From: Rhynchobatus australiae
Lineage: Eukaryota
Direction of reading: 5' to 3'
DNA length: 64,000 nt
Assembly (NCBI GenBank): GCA_034780895.1
Contig: JAUZTB010000062.1
Coordinates: 31,430,477 to 31,494,476, forward strand
The notes beneath the pieces are model-generated. The model saw nothing but the letters and a program-made list of their open reading frames with translations, did no database searches and was not told the DNA's origin. Below, in pieces: positions 38,341 through 52,675 of the stretch. Each line of letters begins with the position of its first letter. Position 1 is the first letter of the stretch. Made by a program: the position numbers and the translations under genes.

Positions 38341-41300
38341 TGTCAATTTTACCAAGGAGCAGAAGTTTTTAATATTAAGCTGAATCTCTCTAAGTCTACG
38401 TATTTAACATGGCATGGTACATTTATTGCAAACTGTACTTGTCCTTGAGGCAATCATTTTATCCCCACTGAGGGCAGAGATTTCTTTATTAAGCAATGTA
38501 TTACATTTTGCTTTTATGTGCACATTTATGGTATTAAACTTCCTAGATCACTTCTTTCTTGTGCATGTGAATTTAAGCTGAATTGAGTATTATAGCACCA
38601 GCTCCTAGAACTTAAGAAATATGAACTGTGCTGTTATTTTGGTCTTGAAATATAAACAGAAAATGCTCAAAGCTCAGCAGATCACACAATATCCATAGAA
38701 AAGGAAAGAGTGTTAAAGTTTTGAGGACTCTGTTGGAACTAGATTAGAGAGAAAATTTGTTAGTTTAAGTTGTAGAGAGGGTGGGGAAGGATGGATAGGA
38801 CAAAAGGAATATATATTTGGTCAGGTAAGGCCAGGGTTGCCATAGGTGATAAAGCTGGTGATGAAGCCATCAAATTGGTAGATTAATGAGGAGACAGATA
38901 GAGACAGACAGAGAGAAATGTCCAGCAGATCAGGCAGTATCATTGGAGAGAGAAAACCTGTCACAAATGGACAGGCCAGTACTGATCCAAACAGAGAATG
39001 AGAGTTACCTGAAATTGTTAAATTTGGAAGACTGCAATATGCCCAGATTAATGATAAGGTGCTGTTCCTCAAGTTTATGCAAACTTAGCTTGATTTCTCT
39101 TCCTACTGATGGTGCCTNNNNNNNNNNNNNNNNNNNNNNNNNNNNNNNNNNNNTTAAAAAATGTGGTCTTGATTTGACCGGGATAAGGATAATTTCGCAA
39201 TAGCTGTCTGTATCTCAGGACTTTGATAGTCTCCTTTACTGGCCTTCTAAGACAAACTATTGATCCATTGGATCAGAATCAGGGCAATTTTAATTTACCT
39301 CTGTCAACACAGGAATGAGATTATCAGAAAGAGACAGTGTGGCCTTTCATGATTTCAGGAACCTAAAGGCAGATACATCCAGGTATCCAAAGGTCTATAA
39401 TATCAATGGCTGACAATTTTCCTTCCAAAATTTTGTAAGATTCCCATCTTGAAATCACATTAACTATTTCACTGAGGTTATTAAGTATTCCATGCACAAG
39501 ACCTAGCAGGGCATATCTGACAGTAAATTAATGGAGAACAGATGACATTTAAAGATAAGAGAATAATATAGACTAGGAGTAAAGTAGAGCTGTCTCTATT
39601 TGACTCCATCATGTCTTAATCCCATCTTCATGCTGACTACACTTCGAGATCCTTCTGAGGCTTTGTTCTCAATGGTGTTAAACTACCTAAGTGTTGTTGG
39701 CACTGCACTAAGTCAAGAGTGTTCTGCTACACCCTTGATGTACCTTGTAGATGGAGGGAAGAAGTACAGGGAGTAGAGTCACTTACTGAGCCTCTGATTT
39801 ACTTGTACAGCCACAGTATTTACGCAGTTGATTTTCTGGTCAGTGGTGAGCCCAACCCCGGGTTGCTGATGATAGGGGAATTCAGTCACAATAATGCTGT
39901 TGAAAGTGAAGGATAGATGGTTAGACTCTCCCTCGTTAGGTAAAGATGGTCTTTGCTTAGCACCTACATGGTGGCAATGTTATTGTTACTTATCAGCTCA
40001 TGGCTAAATGTTGTCTTCTTAGGTTTCAGTATGAACAGATTTATGACTTAAAAATCTTTTTTTTTATCTCTGCAATTGGTTAACAGAATCCAAGGGTTTT
40101 CCACTGAATGCAGGCTCAGAATAACTTGCCAGTATGGCCTTGAATGGAACTATAATGACTGATTCCTCACTGAATTGCAATGAAATATCACTGATCCCAG
40201 AGCTATTCAAAGTCATCGCTTAACAGTGAGATGCTGGAATGGTTTAGTATTGTCACTTACACCTGCATTCAGTCATAAATCTGAATGACATAAAGTCAGA
40301 CAGACCAAATGATCACATTACTGCAGCAGACAAATTAATGAGAAACACCGCCACATTGATACGATTTTAGGAGCAGATTCTTGTCTCATTGCTGTGTGAT
40401 GTTGGAGTGGACCAATTAAAGATCCCTTCTGATTTTCTGCTCTCCCAGATTACGTCTTTGTTAATGAGAATGGAAACAATTTCAGGTGCTCGATACAACA
40501 TGGATGGCCATTAACTAATCTCATGCACCTGTTATATTTCTCCCTGGNNNNNNNNNNNNNNNNNNNNNNNNNNNNNNNNNNNNNNNNNNNNNNNNNNNNN
40601 NNNNNNNNNNNNNNNNNNNNNNNNNNNNNNNNNNNNNNNNNNNNNNNCCTGTTATATTTCTCCCTGGCACTCTGAAATCAGAAATAATAGTTTTAAACAA
40701 TGAACCAACACGATAAGATCTAGCAATACAGCAGTTCTCCTGTTCTGCACTTCTGAATGAATTTTACAGTTTATCTCCAACTGAATGGAATCACTTTCTC
40801 CTTTGGCCTGACTGAGTTGAAGGTCAGTACAGTCTATTCAAAATAAACTCACATAAGAAGACCATCAAGCCATTTGCCCACTGCCCTCTTCAATGCCATG
40901 ATCTCTTTAATTTTCCCAACAGAGACCATTACAGAGCGGTAAGTTTTATACTGTGAACATTTAGAATTTACCTCACCCTGTGCCAACAGCATTTGATGCT
41001 AACAATGCATTAAAGTGGGAAAAGATCCCAGTCCTGACATTAGTCAGCACAACAAAAACCGTTTTGTAAAATGTTGTCGGAGATATCAGATTCTATTAGA
41101 ATTTATTTAAGAGGGCTGCTATTCAGCTTCAAAGAAGATCAAGTATACATCTCTGGTTAGTGTGCAGCTAATGTTTCAATGATCCCTCTAACACAGGGTG
41201 GAAGCTGCCAACCTACCATTCAACACCATCAGCTCAAGTGTTTCCCATTTCAATTTACAGGTTATTTTTGCAAGAGACAGAACATAGGAAAGGTACTTCA

Positions 41301-41579
41301 GTATGTTTCTTGGGATGTGACGTTTAAGTCTGATATACTACATATGTCCCATTACAGTGGAATGTGGTTGTATGACAAGGGACTGAGTACTAAACTACTC
41401 ATTGAGTGTGAAAGGATAGATATACCAACACTTATTCCTCAGTCCTTTACTCAGAGAGTTGCTGGAAGGTAACTCTTGCTTTCATGCAGAGTTCTTTGAG
41501 CTGAAATAATGGGCTGGATTGTGAACAGGCTTTGAAACAGAACACAGGGTTGAGCAGGGTGCTGTGTTCTGTGTTTCAT

Positions 41580-41790
41580 TGCAGAGGGTGGTGAGTAAAT
41601 GGAACGAGCTGCCAGAGGAAGTGGTTGAGGCAGGTACAATAATATAATTTAAGAAGCACTTGGATGGGTATGTGGAGGGGCGGGACTTTGAGGGATATGG
41701 GCAGAATGTGGGAAACCGGGTGACACTGTGGTTGGCATGGACTGGTTGAGCCAAAGGGCCTGCATCCATGCTGTATTGCTCTATGACTCT
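41580..41790 (+). mobile_element. CR1 LINE extreme 3' fragment
   Basis: QRVVSKWNELPEEVVEAGT...FKKHLDGY followed by a tail ending ctctatgactct. Confidence 0.85.
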
Positions 41791-42079
41791 CTACAGATTT
41801 TGATGTTAGTCCTACCTTATTGTTCAGTATGTACATTTTTGGATCTGCCTTCGTGCCTGCTGCAGTTACCTGATCTCCAGCTGGTCTTAAACAGGATCCA
41901 GGAGGCATAAACTGGACAACTCCAGGAACCTCAGGATCACCCTGTTGTGACCCACCTGGGGCTGTGTGACAAAGAGAGGCTAGTACTGGAGGAAGACACT
42001 CAGGCAGTCACTCCTGCACTCAGAACATGCAGACAGGCTCAGCTTCAGGTAAGTGAGGACAGTAGTCGGCAGGAGGCTC

Positions 42080-44067
42080 AGACTGTTATACCGGGAGTCT
42101 CAGATCTCTACACCTTCCTCGAACAGGAGCTGAGGCCTGCTGGACCTTGGGGACGTGCTCTGCCTGTCCAGCAGGTGACCATTGCCTCAGCTTCACACCT
42201 CGGGTCAGCCCAGGGTTCTGCTGGAGATGTCTGCAGGAGTTCTCAGTCACCGCACACAGATTTATCAGGCCTGTGGTAGAGGGGCTGTTTGGGAGGCCGA
42301 CCGTGCAGAGTGCCTTCAGCAGCCGGTTGAGAGAGCACTTGTGGTTGCTGCTCTGTCTGGATCCCTGCAGGTTTGGAGGGTCCGTACTTGTAGGCAATCA
42401 CAAAGGATTCAGCCTTTGAATCAGAGATTTCAACAATCAGCAAGGTTTCTGATCCCTCTGCCGTGAAGCTGGTTTGTTACGGGAAGATATTTCTCCAGGT
42501 TCATGAAACAACCAGGCAGCTGCNNNNNNNNNNNNNNNNNNNNNNNNNNNNNNNNNNNNNNNNNNNNNNNNNNNNNNNNNNNNNNNNNNNNNNNNNNNNN
42601 NNNNNNNNNNNNNNNNNNNNNNNACCTTGCACCTTATTGTCTACCTGCACTGCACTTTCTCTGTAGCTGTTACACTTTATTCTGCATTCTGTTATTGTTT
42701 CACCTTGTACCACCTCAATGCACAGAGTAATGAATTGATCTGCATGAATGGTGTGCAAGACAAGCTTTTCTCTGTACCTTGGTACGTGTGACAATAATAA
42801 ACCAATCCCAATACCATCTGTGGTAAGAACACATGTTGCCAGGTTGAGGAGAAGTGCCATGATATTCTGAGCCTGGGTCACTTGCTTGGCCAGGGTCTTC
42901 TGCCACCTATGGTACATCCACTGGAAGGGATTTACAAGAAGACAGCGAGGTTGAGAAGACACTATCAAAGCAAGCCTGAAACACACAGGGTTCCCTCCTG
43001 GCCACTGATACTAGCTGTAAAAGGAAGGCACCAGGCTGAAGAATTCCTGGGGGTTGAGGATGTGGTTGGGTAAGGGGAGGATCTGGGCATCATACATGAT
43101 CCATAGCTATGTTTCTTGAAGCTCGGGAACCTGTGGCAAGATGCTTAGAATGTTCCCACTTTCCTTGCTGCAATGTGTACATAAGGCCCAAATCTACCTC
43201 TGGAACAGACCTGGCATCAGCAGGCATGAAGTGGAGAGTTTCTGATACACCCAGATACCATAGTAAGGAGAAAAAAACAAGTTCTTGTATATCCTGAGAA
43301 TTGCTGCATTTTAGTTGTTCAGATTCTGTTGTTCAAAGTAATAATGCAGGGTTTGAGGCCCAAGTTTAAATAACTATGTGACCAACGATATTGTGAATGC
43401 CCATAGCAAGGACTGTGCCAAAGGTGTGAATATACACAGTGACACACATGTCATCACCCAGTGTTCCAGTGAAGGACCTCTGATCTGAAGCGTGAACTTT
43501 GTTCCTCTTTCCACAAAGATTGCCTGACCCGCTGAGAGTTTCCAGCATTTTCAGATCAGCCAGTGAAGCCAGGAGACCACTTACAACCCAGGAACCCAAA
43601 CAGCTCAAGATGCCCAAGCAAAATCCAAGGTTTTACATATAAGCCAAGACTGTTATATCAAGAGTCTCAGATCTCTACACCTTCCTCGAACAGGAGCTGA
43701 GGCCTGCTGGACTTCGGGGACGTGCTCTGCCTCAGCTTCACACCTCGGGTCAGCCCAGGGTTCTGCTGGAGATGTCTGCAGGATTTCTCAGTCTCCGCAC
43801 ACAGATGTATCAGGCCCATGGTAGAGGGGCTGTTTGGGAGGCCAACCGTGCAGAGTGCCTTCAGCAACCAGAATGAGCGAGTGCTTGTGGTTGCTGCTCT
43901 GTCTGGATCCCTGCGGATTTGGAGGGTCCGTACTTGTAGGCAATCACGGACCCCCAGACCAGACCAGAGATTTCAACAATCAGCAAGGTTTCCGATCCCC
44001 CTGCCGTGAAGCTGGTTTGTTACAGGAAGATATTTCTCCAGGTTCATGAAACAACCAGGCAGCTGCC
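42080..44067 (+). repeat. Two diverged direct copies of a ~430-bp GC-rich segment (42080-42523 and 43647-44067)
   Basis: Both begin agactgttat..gagtctcagatctctacaccttcctcgaacaggagctgagg and run to gaaacaaccaggcagctgc. They differ by substitutions and a ~20-bp indel. Confidence 0.95.
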
Positions 44068-44589
44068 CGGATTCCTTCACCCAGTGGCTCTCCACCCTCA
44101 CCGATCCGTCCAAACCTCCCAGCAGACCGAAGGAGACACAAGAGACTGCAGATGTTGGAATCTGGAGCAACACAATAAGGGCTGGAGGAACTCAACGGGT
44201 CAGGCAGCCTCTGTGGAGGGAAATGGACAGTCGGTTTTTCAAGACAAAACCCTTCCTCTGGGTTCCTCCAGTGTTTGTGCGATAGCAGACTAAAGGACTG
44301 GTTGCCCTGGGGCAAAGGTCACCTGCTGAGGATATCAACCAATGAAGCCTCATCTGAAGCTATCTCTCCACCTGATATATGATTAAGCAGGATGCTGGAA
44401 GCCTGAATGTGTATTTAAGGAACATTGTTCATAGTGGCAATGAGGGAGAGCTGCATGAAGTTGCATTAAAATGCTGAATGCTGGTTTCAGCTGGAAAGAG
44501 TTCGGAAGCAATCACACAGACACAGTATGTGCATGTGCATTGTGACATAACGTAAGAAAAGCGTGCCTGACTATTGTTATCAGTGCAGC

Positions 44590-44900
44590 CTTGGAGGGTT
44601 AGAATAACTTGGACATGAGAACATAAGATTAGGATTCAGCCTTTGAATCCAGGAAGAGGCCTACCATAAAAAAGGCTGCAGTCGGCAATGGAATAACCAG
44701 TGATGAAGTTTGAAGTGAGCCGGAACATTATCTTGCCTGACCATGCGAAGAAGAAGCCAGAAGTTAACAACAAGATCAGAAGGCTGGAGATAAACTTCTG
44801 CATTTATCAGGATAGCCTGAGACAGGCACGATTAAACAAAAGTCCAGAAGAGGCATCTCAGGATGCTTGGCAAGCCATGAGATGTGACTGGAGATCTGGT
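44590..44900 (+). mobile_element. Possible decayed L1-type ORF1 relic
   Basis: HENIRLG (cf. RNNIRI.G), then VMKF....IIL..AKKK....IYQD, resembling the L1 ORF1 RRM/CTD. Confidence 0.35.
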
Positions 44901-46691
44901 CTCCACTCCACACTCCCCATCAGATACACAGAAAAGCCAGAAAGAGAATCATGGGCTTTGTACACCCTTTGTTAAGTCTGCGATTTTCCATTGAAACTGA
45001 AGACCATTTTGATAAAGGTCAGCAAGAGTTAATTGTTGCACCGACTACAGCAACAAAGTGGGCAAGATTCATTTAATTTATGGAATTGCTATGATTTTGG
45101 TAAAATATTTACTGAATTCCACAATTTCTCACGGACTCTAACATGGTGCACATTCTGATAATAGGTCACTGACCTGAAATGATAACTCCGTTTGTCTCAG
45201 CAGAGCTGGGCAAATTCAGCATTTGCCACTTTCGCTGGTTGCTCAGCATAGGTTCAGTCAGCAGTGAGGGCATGTTGCTGGTTTTCTTTCCGAGGTGTAA
45301 ATGTAGAATGGGAAACTGCCAGTGAGCTCCACGGCTGTAATTTATGAAGGGATTTAATGACAACCAAGGTTTCACTGTCTNNNNNNNNNNNNNNNNNNNN
45401 NNNNNNNNNNNNNNNNNNNNNNNNNNNNNNNNNNNNNNNNNNNNNNNNNNNNNNNNNNNNNNNNNNNNNNNNNNNNNNNNNNNNNNNNNNNNNNNNNNNN
45501 NNNNNNNNNNNNNNNNNNNNNNNNNNNNNNNNNNNNNNNNNNNNNNNNNNNNNNNNNNNNNNNNNNNNNNNNNNNNNNNNNNNNNNNNNNNNNNNNNNNN
45601 NNNNNNNNNNNNNNNNNNNNNNNNNNNNNNNNNNNNNNNNNNNNNNNNNNNNNNNNNNNNNNNNNNNNNNNNNNNNNNNNNNNNNNNNNNNNNNNNNNNN
45701 NNNNNNNNNNNNNNNNNNNNNNNNNNNNNNNNNNNNNNNNNNNNNNNNNNNNNNNNNNNNNNNNNNNNNNNNNNNNNNNNNNNNNNNNNNNNNNNNNNNN
45801 NNNNNNNNNNNNNNNNNNNNNNNNNNNNNNNNNNNNNNNNNNNNNNNNNNNNNNNNNNNNNNNNNNNNNNNNNNNNNNNNNNNNNNNNNNNNNNNACAGT
45901 TTCATTGGCCAATAGTATGGTCATTCCTGCATCATGGGAATGTCTTACAGGCTCCCAAAACATTCACAGTGGACACATGCATTCTGAATAAATAACATTC
46001 AAAGAAAACTTCTGTTCTCACTGAGTACATCTGGACTGGAGTTGCAACCTTCAGACTCAGGAGTGGAATGCTTTTAACTTGCCTAAGGCTGTCTCAGAGT
46101 CAAAGGATAATACACTGTAAAGGTTTGACTCCCATACATTACAGTACTAACATGATCAACAAGGAATTCACATTAACTTTTCTCTAAGAATCTTAGTTTC
46201 TGTTTGAAATTGAATAGGTTCAATTGTGAAATATAAAGGGGAAATATTGAAATCAACAAGAAGATGAAGGAGACACAAGAGAATGCAGATGCTGGAATCA
46301 AGAGCAAAAAAAATTAGTAAATTGATTTATTATTGTCACATGTACCAAGGTGCAGTGAAAAACATGCCATCCATACAGATAATTTCATCACATCATAAAC
46401 AAAAACTGCTGGAGCAGCTCAGAAGGCCAGGCAGTGCCTGTGGAGAGAAATGGACAGTCAACGTTTTGGGTTGAGTCCTCATTTGGTCTGAGAAGATGAA
46501 GGATCATTTATCGGGCTGTCAGAACATTTAGAAGGCAGGCCAAAACTTTAATAGTTACAAGAACATTTTATCCACTGCTCCATGCATGCTCTTTGAATGT
46601 ATTCAATAGATGGTACTCCCTTAATCGGATACTTAGTTCTAGAGTAGATTAGAAGCACATGTCTGTGAAGTGAGTATTAAACTCACACTTC

Positions 46692-47160
46692 TTGATAAAG
46701 AGCATCCTGACTGGTTGCATCACCACCTGGTATGGAGCCTCCAATGCACAGGATCGCAAGAGGCTGCAGAGGGTTGAAGACTCAGCCAGCTCAATCACAG
46801 GCAGAACCCTCCCCACCATTGAGGACATCTTCAAGGGGCAGTGCCTCAAGAAGATGGCATCCATCATTAAGGACTCTCACCATCTGGGAACAGGTCCTCT
46901 TCTCGTTACTATCATTGGGGAAGAGGTACACGAGCCTGAAGACCCACACTCAATGATTCAGGAACAGCTTCTTCCCCTCCGCCGTCAGATTTCTAAACGG
47001 TCCATGAACCCATGAACACCATCTCATTATTCCTTTTTTTTTGCACTATTTAGTTATTTTTGTAATTTATAGATTTTTTATGTCTTTGCACTGTACTGCT
47101 GCCATGAAACAACGAATTTCACATCATATGTCAGTGATAATAAATCTGATTCTGATTCTG
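46692..47160 (+). mobile_element. L2/Rex1-type LINE 3' end
   Basis: SILTGCITTWYG....DRKRLQRV...IIKD..H, a 3' UTR and a (tctgat)n tail. Related tails lie at 42624-42813 (+) and ~55835-56090. Confidence 0.9.
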
Positions 47161-48084
47161 AGAAGTGATTGTAATTTCACTAATCAAGACTAACATCAAG
47201 AAACTCCTACTGGCTTGATGATTTCCATTCTTGCTGGCTTAAATCCTATACTCGGTTTGACCAGAATTTCTTTAACTACAATCCTAAAATCTCCCTGTTC
47301 CCCAGTTGTCTAAATTGCAGCCTTTGTCTATGGCAGAGTGACCTGGATATCATTGATTGACAAAATGATTCAATTTGGAATAAACTCTGAATTCAAAAGT
47401 ACAGCTAAAATTTCATTGGCCCTTTGAGACATTTTGAGTTACAGTATGAAAATGCTGTTAAGCTAGGACTGAGGAGATTAGCATCATGATATAAGAGAAG
47501 TAACAGGACCAGCTTTATAGTATAGATATTGATCTTGGACAGAGAACTAAATGTACAATTGTGCCATACTTTATTACGTGGGAAACAGAGGGGTAGAATA
47601 TTCATAATTCTCTTAAGTAGGTTGATTACCTTACATCTTGTTCAATTAACAAATGCAGCCTTAGAATTTATAATTATTAAATGCTTTAAGATGGCCACTG
47701 TATTTAGAACTTGGAATATCACAAAAAGGATCCATCATTTATCCATTATGTTTATTTCCAGAAGATAGACTACAACCAATTTAGCTGCTTGAATATTTAC
47801 TTCCACTGAGTAGAGAGGTTGGGAATTAGGCAACAGGTGAAGTGAAATAATGAAAGAGGCTGTAGCATTAATATGTTAGCTGATATCACTTTAAAAATTG
47901 TATCATGTGACCACCTACTCACTACAATGTATTGTTGTCCAGAATCTGTCTGTCTCTGGGGACACACATCTTAATAAGAAAGCTCCATGGCACTGTGAGC
48001 TTTTTTTAAAAAATGAAGTATCCTTGTTATTTGAATTGCCAACTATATTCCACTGTCACAGGGAGGGATGAAGGGAGGGAGGGA

Positions 48085-48085
48085 A

Positions 48086-48135
<50 letters not shown>

Positions 48136-48283
48136 GGAGAGAGAGAGAGAGATTAAAGTGCTGAGAGCCNNNNNNNNNNNNNNNNNNNNNNNNNNNNNNN
48201 NNNNNNNNNNNNNNNNNNNNNNNNNNNNNNNNNNNNNNNNNNNNNNNNNNNNNNNNNNNNNNNNNNNNNAGAGAGAGAGAGAG
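48085..48283. repeat. (GA)n microsatellite spanning a gap
   Basis: Seen directly in the sequence; it explains the ERERER ORFs. Confidence 0.95.
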
Positions 48284-50066
48284 ATTAAAGTGCTGAGTGC
48301 CAGGTGTGATTCCTCTCCTAATGGATATAATGTGGCCATGTGCCAAGAGGCAGCCAGCTGTGCTTTAATGGAGATAGGCACAACAGAACAAATAAGGCGG
48401 CCTGACTTGATGAAAGAAAACTTTGTGATGTTCCCACTGATCCTGGAGTCTGATGACCAGATAACATTGCCTCACTTTCCACAGGGTACTGGAAAGGTAC
48501 CACAGAATGGCCCAGTGAACTACTTAAGGAGGCTCAGTCATCAGGATCAGACTCTGTTTCAGCATCCCAGCTTCTACAATGACCTGATCCAAGGGATGAT
48601 GAGCTGTCCTGTGCAGAGTTATCTGAGCAGGTGACCGAGAACTCCACTCCCAACCACATGAAGTGCAAAATAAAACTGTCCGATAACTCGAGGCTGTCAA
48701 GTGAAGACAGGCACCGCAAAGGTACTGAAGAACAATGACACCCTTAAATGTTGGACACACAGTATGGATGAAGTCCACATCAGACTGAAGGCAGGCGTGA
48801 CAGAAGGCAGTGATGACTCAGCATCCCAGATCATACAAGGCCAAGACAGGGGAGATCATCACAAGAAGATACCATCTCAGGAAAAAGCTTGTATGATGGA
48901 AGCAGATGTGGAGATACCAAAGGATGTATGACCAACCATGTACAGTGAGTACACCATGCTGAGCCAAAACCCTGGGAGAAGCTCAACTAGTTACTACCAG
49001 ATCTGGGAGGACAGTTTGATGACTCCAGTATCTTAAAGACTTTGTATAAAAAGATAAAACATTTAATGCTTTGGATGTTTGTTTCTTTTTATTTTTCATG
49101 ATTTAAGGAGTTTATAACATATTTGGCCTATATAATATTGGTTAGTCCTACTTTCATGTCAAATGACCAATAGCTGTTTCTGTTGTAACACTGTGGGGCA
49201 TTCAAGAATCTATTCAAGAAAACCGCGGCAAGGATGCTTCCTGACTCAGATTTTCCTTTATTTAATATGGTACCCTTGCTAGTTTGATCTGCCAAACAAT
49301 TTTCCAGTGTGTCTCAGAGAGAGAAATTCNNNNNNNNNNNNNNNNNNNNNNNNNNNNNNNNNNNNNNNNNNNNNNNNNNNNNNNNNNNNNNNNNNNNNNN
49401 NNNNNNNNNNNNNNNNNNNNNNNNNNNNNNNNNNNNNNNNNNNNNNNNNNNNNNNNNNNNNNNNNNNNNNNNNNNNNNNNNNNNNNNNNNNNNNNNNNNN
49501 NNNNNNNNNNNNNNNNNNNNNNNNNNNNNNNNNNNNNNNNNNNNNNNNNNNNNNNTACCTCAAGTTTAAGATATATATCGATGGCAGCCATCTGCCGTCA
49601 TATTTAGCTGTTCTGGCTTTCTGAGGTTATTAAATTTCTTTCTGCATGAGAGTAAACTCTTGGCTTAAAGAGTTGCATTCACCACCGATACTAATTCATT
49701 CCATGTGGTCTGATCGAAAGGTCTCTTATATTCTAACCTTCCTGTTCTAATTTCACTTTCATATCAGCCTCTGTGAAGCTAAGGCTCCCTTCTCGCAATC
49801 TCCACATTGTTTAGAGAACAGTCTTACCTTATAATCAACATCTTTGAGGTGTTCTCCCTCCCCATCCCACTCCACTCCATTGTCTGTTCCAGCCTAAATA
49901 ACTGCAGCTTTGTCCTGGATATAAATATTTTAATTGGCTGACCTTTCAATAACTGACAGGGTCAATGTCAAGGCCAACAGAGGTCTGAAATTCTGCCCCA
50001 CCAGATGGATTGCCAGCCCCAGAACTTCATGGACAAAGAATCAAGCAGAGGCAAATCTCTTAATTA

Positions 50067-50388
50067 CACAGCATGGAAACAGGCCCTCTGGTCCACCAGG
50101 TCTATGCTGGTCATCAGCCACCCACTGCACTAATCTTGTAGTAATCCTACATTTTCATCAACTCCCTGAAGATTCTGCCACTCACCAACACACTAGGGGC
50201 AAATTACAGCAGCCGATTAACCTATCAATCTGCATGTCTTTGAGGTGTAGGAGAAAATCAGAGGAAACCCACAAGGTCATGAGAAAATGTGCAAGCTCCA
50301 CACAGACAGCATTCAAGGACAGGATTGAACCTAGGTCTCTGATGCCGTGAGGCAGCGGCTTTATTATGTGCACCACTATGCTGCCCAT
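50067..50388 (-). mobile_element. V-type SINE
   Basis: Reverse-complement head, V-domain and CR1-like tail. Confidence 0.75.
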
Positions 50389-51619
50389 NNNNNNNNNNNN
50401 NNNNNNNNNNNNNNNNNNNNNNNNNNNNNNNNNNNNNNNNNNNNNNNNNNNNNNNNNNNNNNNNNNNNNNNNNNNNNNNNNNNNNNNNGCTCTACTAGTT
50501 GCACCACTATGCTGCCCATACAATTGTTTTATGTGTCTGACTATACCTCCCTGACTAAGCTTCTCTGAATTCCTTTAGTGAATCTTCCCGACAAAGAGCA
50601 AAGATTATCAACGTATAACTTTGGTGTTGCTAATGCAGGTTAAAGTTATGATTTTGGCATGACTCCTAGCTTGGTTACATTGGGAGGGCTCATTCTGTGT
50701 ATGGACAGGATAGCTTGTGGAAGAACATGATAAAGTTCACGCCTGGCCACAGTCCAGTTTACCAAGGATAAGGAGACTTTCTGTTTAATTCAATGACCTT
50801 TATCCACCACACGATTAAAGGACAAAATTGATGGTAAACCCGATTGGCATTTACGTGTGTGTATGGACAGGTGAAGTTGAACCACTGGCCTCTCTGTGGC
50901 TCATGCCCCATTCAGGCTGGCTGCTGGGTGTGTGTCAGCATTGTGAGTGCAGATTGGATGTCATGTAGTAAAACCGGAGTGTGCATTCACTCTGAAGAAA
51001 CCACGTGGGCCTTGACCAGCAGAGTAGAAGGAGCACAAAGTCCTACATTTGCGTACTAGCTGAGGTGCTCCTGTTGGAAAGTCTGAAACCTGCCATGGAG
51101 GAATCCTAACTGAAGAACCAGCTGTTTTGTTTACTTGCTGTCCAGGAGTACATTCAACTCTAATACAACTGCTTATGCTCTGCTGGTAGATTACGTGAAT
51201 TACTTATCAGGAGAACTTCCTCCTGGCCTACCTGCTTTTTCACTAATTTCCAGAGCTGCCTTTTGTTTTGTTTAATTCCTTTTACAGGATCTGGGCATTT
51301 ATTCCCCATCCCCAACTACCTTTGAAGTGAATGGTTTGAACAAGCTGTTTTAGTCAATCACTCAGGATGGGTCTGGAGTTACAGTAAGGATGGCAGATTT
51401 TCCCTTCATTGAACCAGATGGGCTTTTATGTAGAGTCACATGGCACAGAAAAAGGCCCTATGGCTCACCACATTCATCCTGTAATTTTTTGCAGTCATCA
51501 TCACTAAGGTGAGATGCATTTGTTTCTTCCAAGTTTTTAACCGGGTTTAAGTTCCCCAGCAGTCTTGGAATTTGAACTTGGGTGTATTGAATTTTATTCC
51601 AGACCTTTGGACTACAAGT

Positions 51620-52000
51620 TGGAATTGGAATTGGTTTATTATTGTACCAAGGTACAGTGAAAAACCTGTCTTGCATACTGTTGATGCAGATCAATTCATT
51701 ACACAGTGCATTGAGGTAGTACAAGGTAAAACAATACAGAAGGTAGAGTAAAGTGTCACAGCTACAGAGAAAGCTCAATGCAGGTGGACAATAAGGTGCA
51801 AGGTGATAATGAGATAGGTTTTGAGGTCAAGAGTCCATCTTATTAAACTAGGGAACCGTTCAATAGTCTTGCAATGGGATAGAAGCTCTCTTTGAGCCTG
51901 GTGGTACGTGCTTTCAGGCTTTTGTATCTCCTGCTTGATGGGAGAAGAGAGAAGAGAGAACGTCTGGGGTGGGTGGCGTCTTTGATTATGGTGGCTGGTT
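51620..52000 (-). mobile_element. L2/Rex1-type LINE 3' end
   Basis: Reverse complement of the tail at 42624-42813 and of the coding end at 23520-23680. Confidence 0.85.
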
Positions 52001-52349
52001 AAGTAATAGCCTGGTATGAATATTTGTTATATTTCCATGAGGCCCTCTTATCCCTCTTGTTTCAGCACTGTGAAGCTCCAGCTTCCTTCATACTTCCTCA
52101 GAACACCAGTGTGGTCATTTCATAACACCCATACATCTTGCCAGGAACTGCCACAAATTCCAAGCGTTGACCTGAAATATAAATACATTTACTGGAAGCA
52201 AAAATAGGATGAAGAATTAGACCTTAAATGGTAACATTTTAAATGGTGTTATGGACCTGGAAGTGTGGACAGACAGATCATAAATTGTAGATATGGACCT
52301 AAAAAAGGCAAATGGAATCCTTGATTTTGTATTTGGAGATGCAGAGTCA

Positions 52350-52675
52350 GGCAGCACAATGACACAGATGGTAGAGCTGCTACCTCACAGACCAATGATT
52401 GGGGCTCAGTGCCAACCTCTGGTGCTGTCTGTGTGGAGTTTGCATGCTCTCCCTGTCCTTGTGTGAGTTTACTCCCACATTCCAAAGACATGCAGACTGG
52501 AAGATTGATTGGCCATCGTAAATTCCGCCAAGTGTCGGGGTAAGTGATAGAATCTGGGAAGAGTTGTTGGGTATTTGGTGGTGGGGGGGGTGGTGGGATC
52601 AGTGCAAATGGGTTTTCAGTGGTTGGCACAGAGCTGGTGGGCCAAGCAGCATGTTTCTGCACTGCATGACTCTGT
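52350..52675 (+). mobile_element. V-type SINE
   Basis: tgctgtctgtgtggagtttgcatg V-domain and a CR1-like tail. Confidence 0.8.

Noticed and set aside
41052-41060. Perfect RSS nonamer ACAAAAACC
   Set aside because: There is no CACAGTG-like heptamer at 12 or 23 nt spacing and no Ig/TCR segment nearby.
51711-51730. let-7-like TGAGGTAGT seed
   Set aside because: It lies inside a LINE 3' UTR; the rest does not match let-7 and no precursor hairpin is visible.
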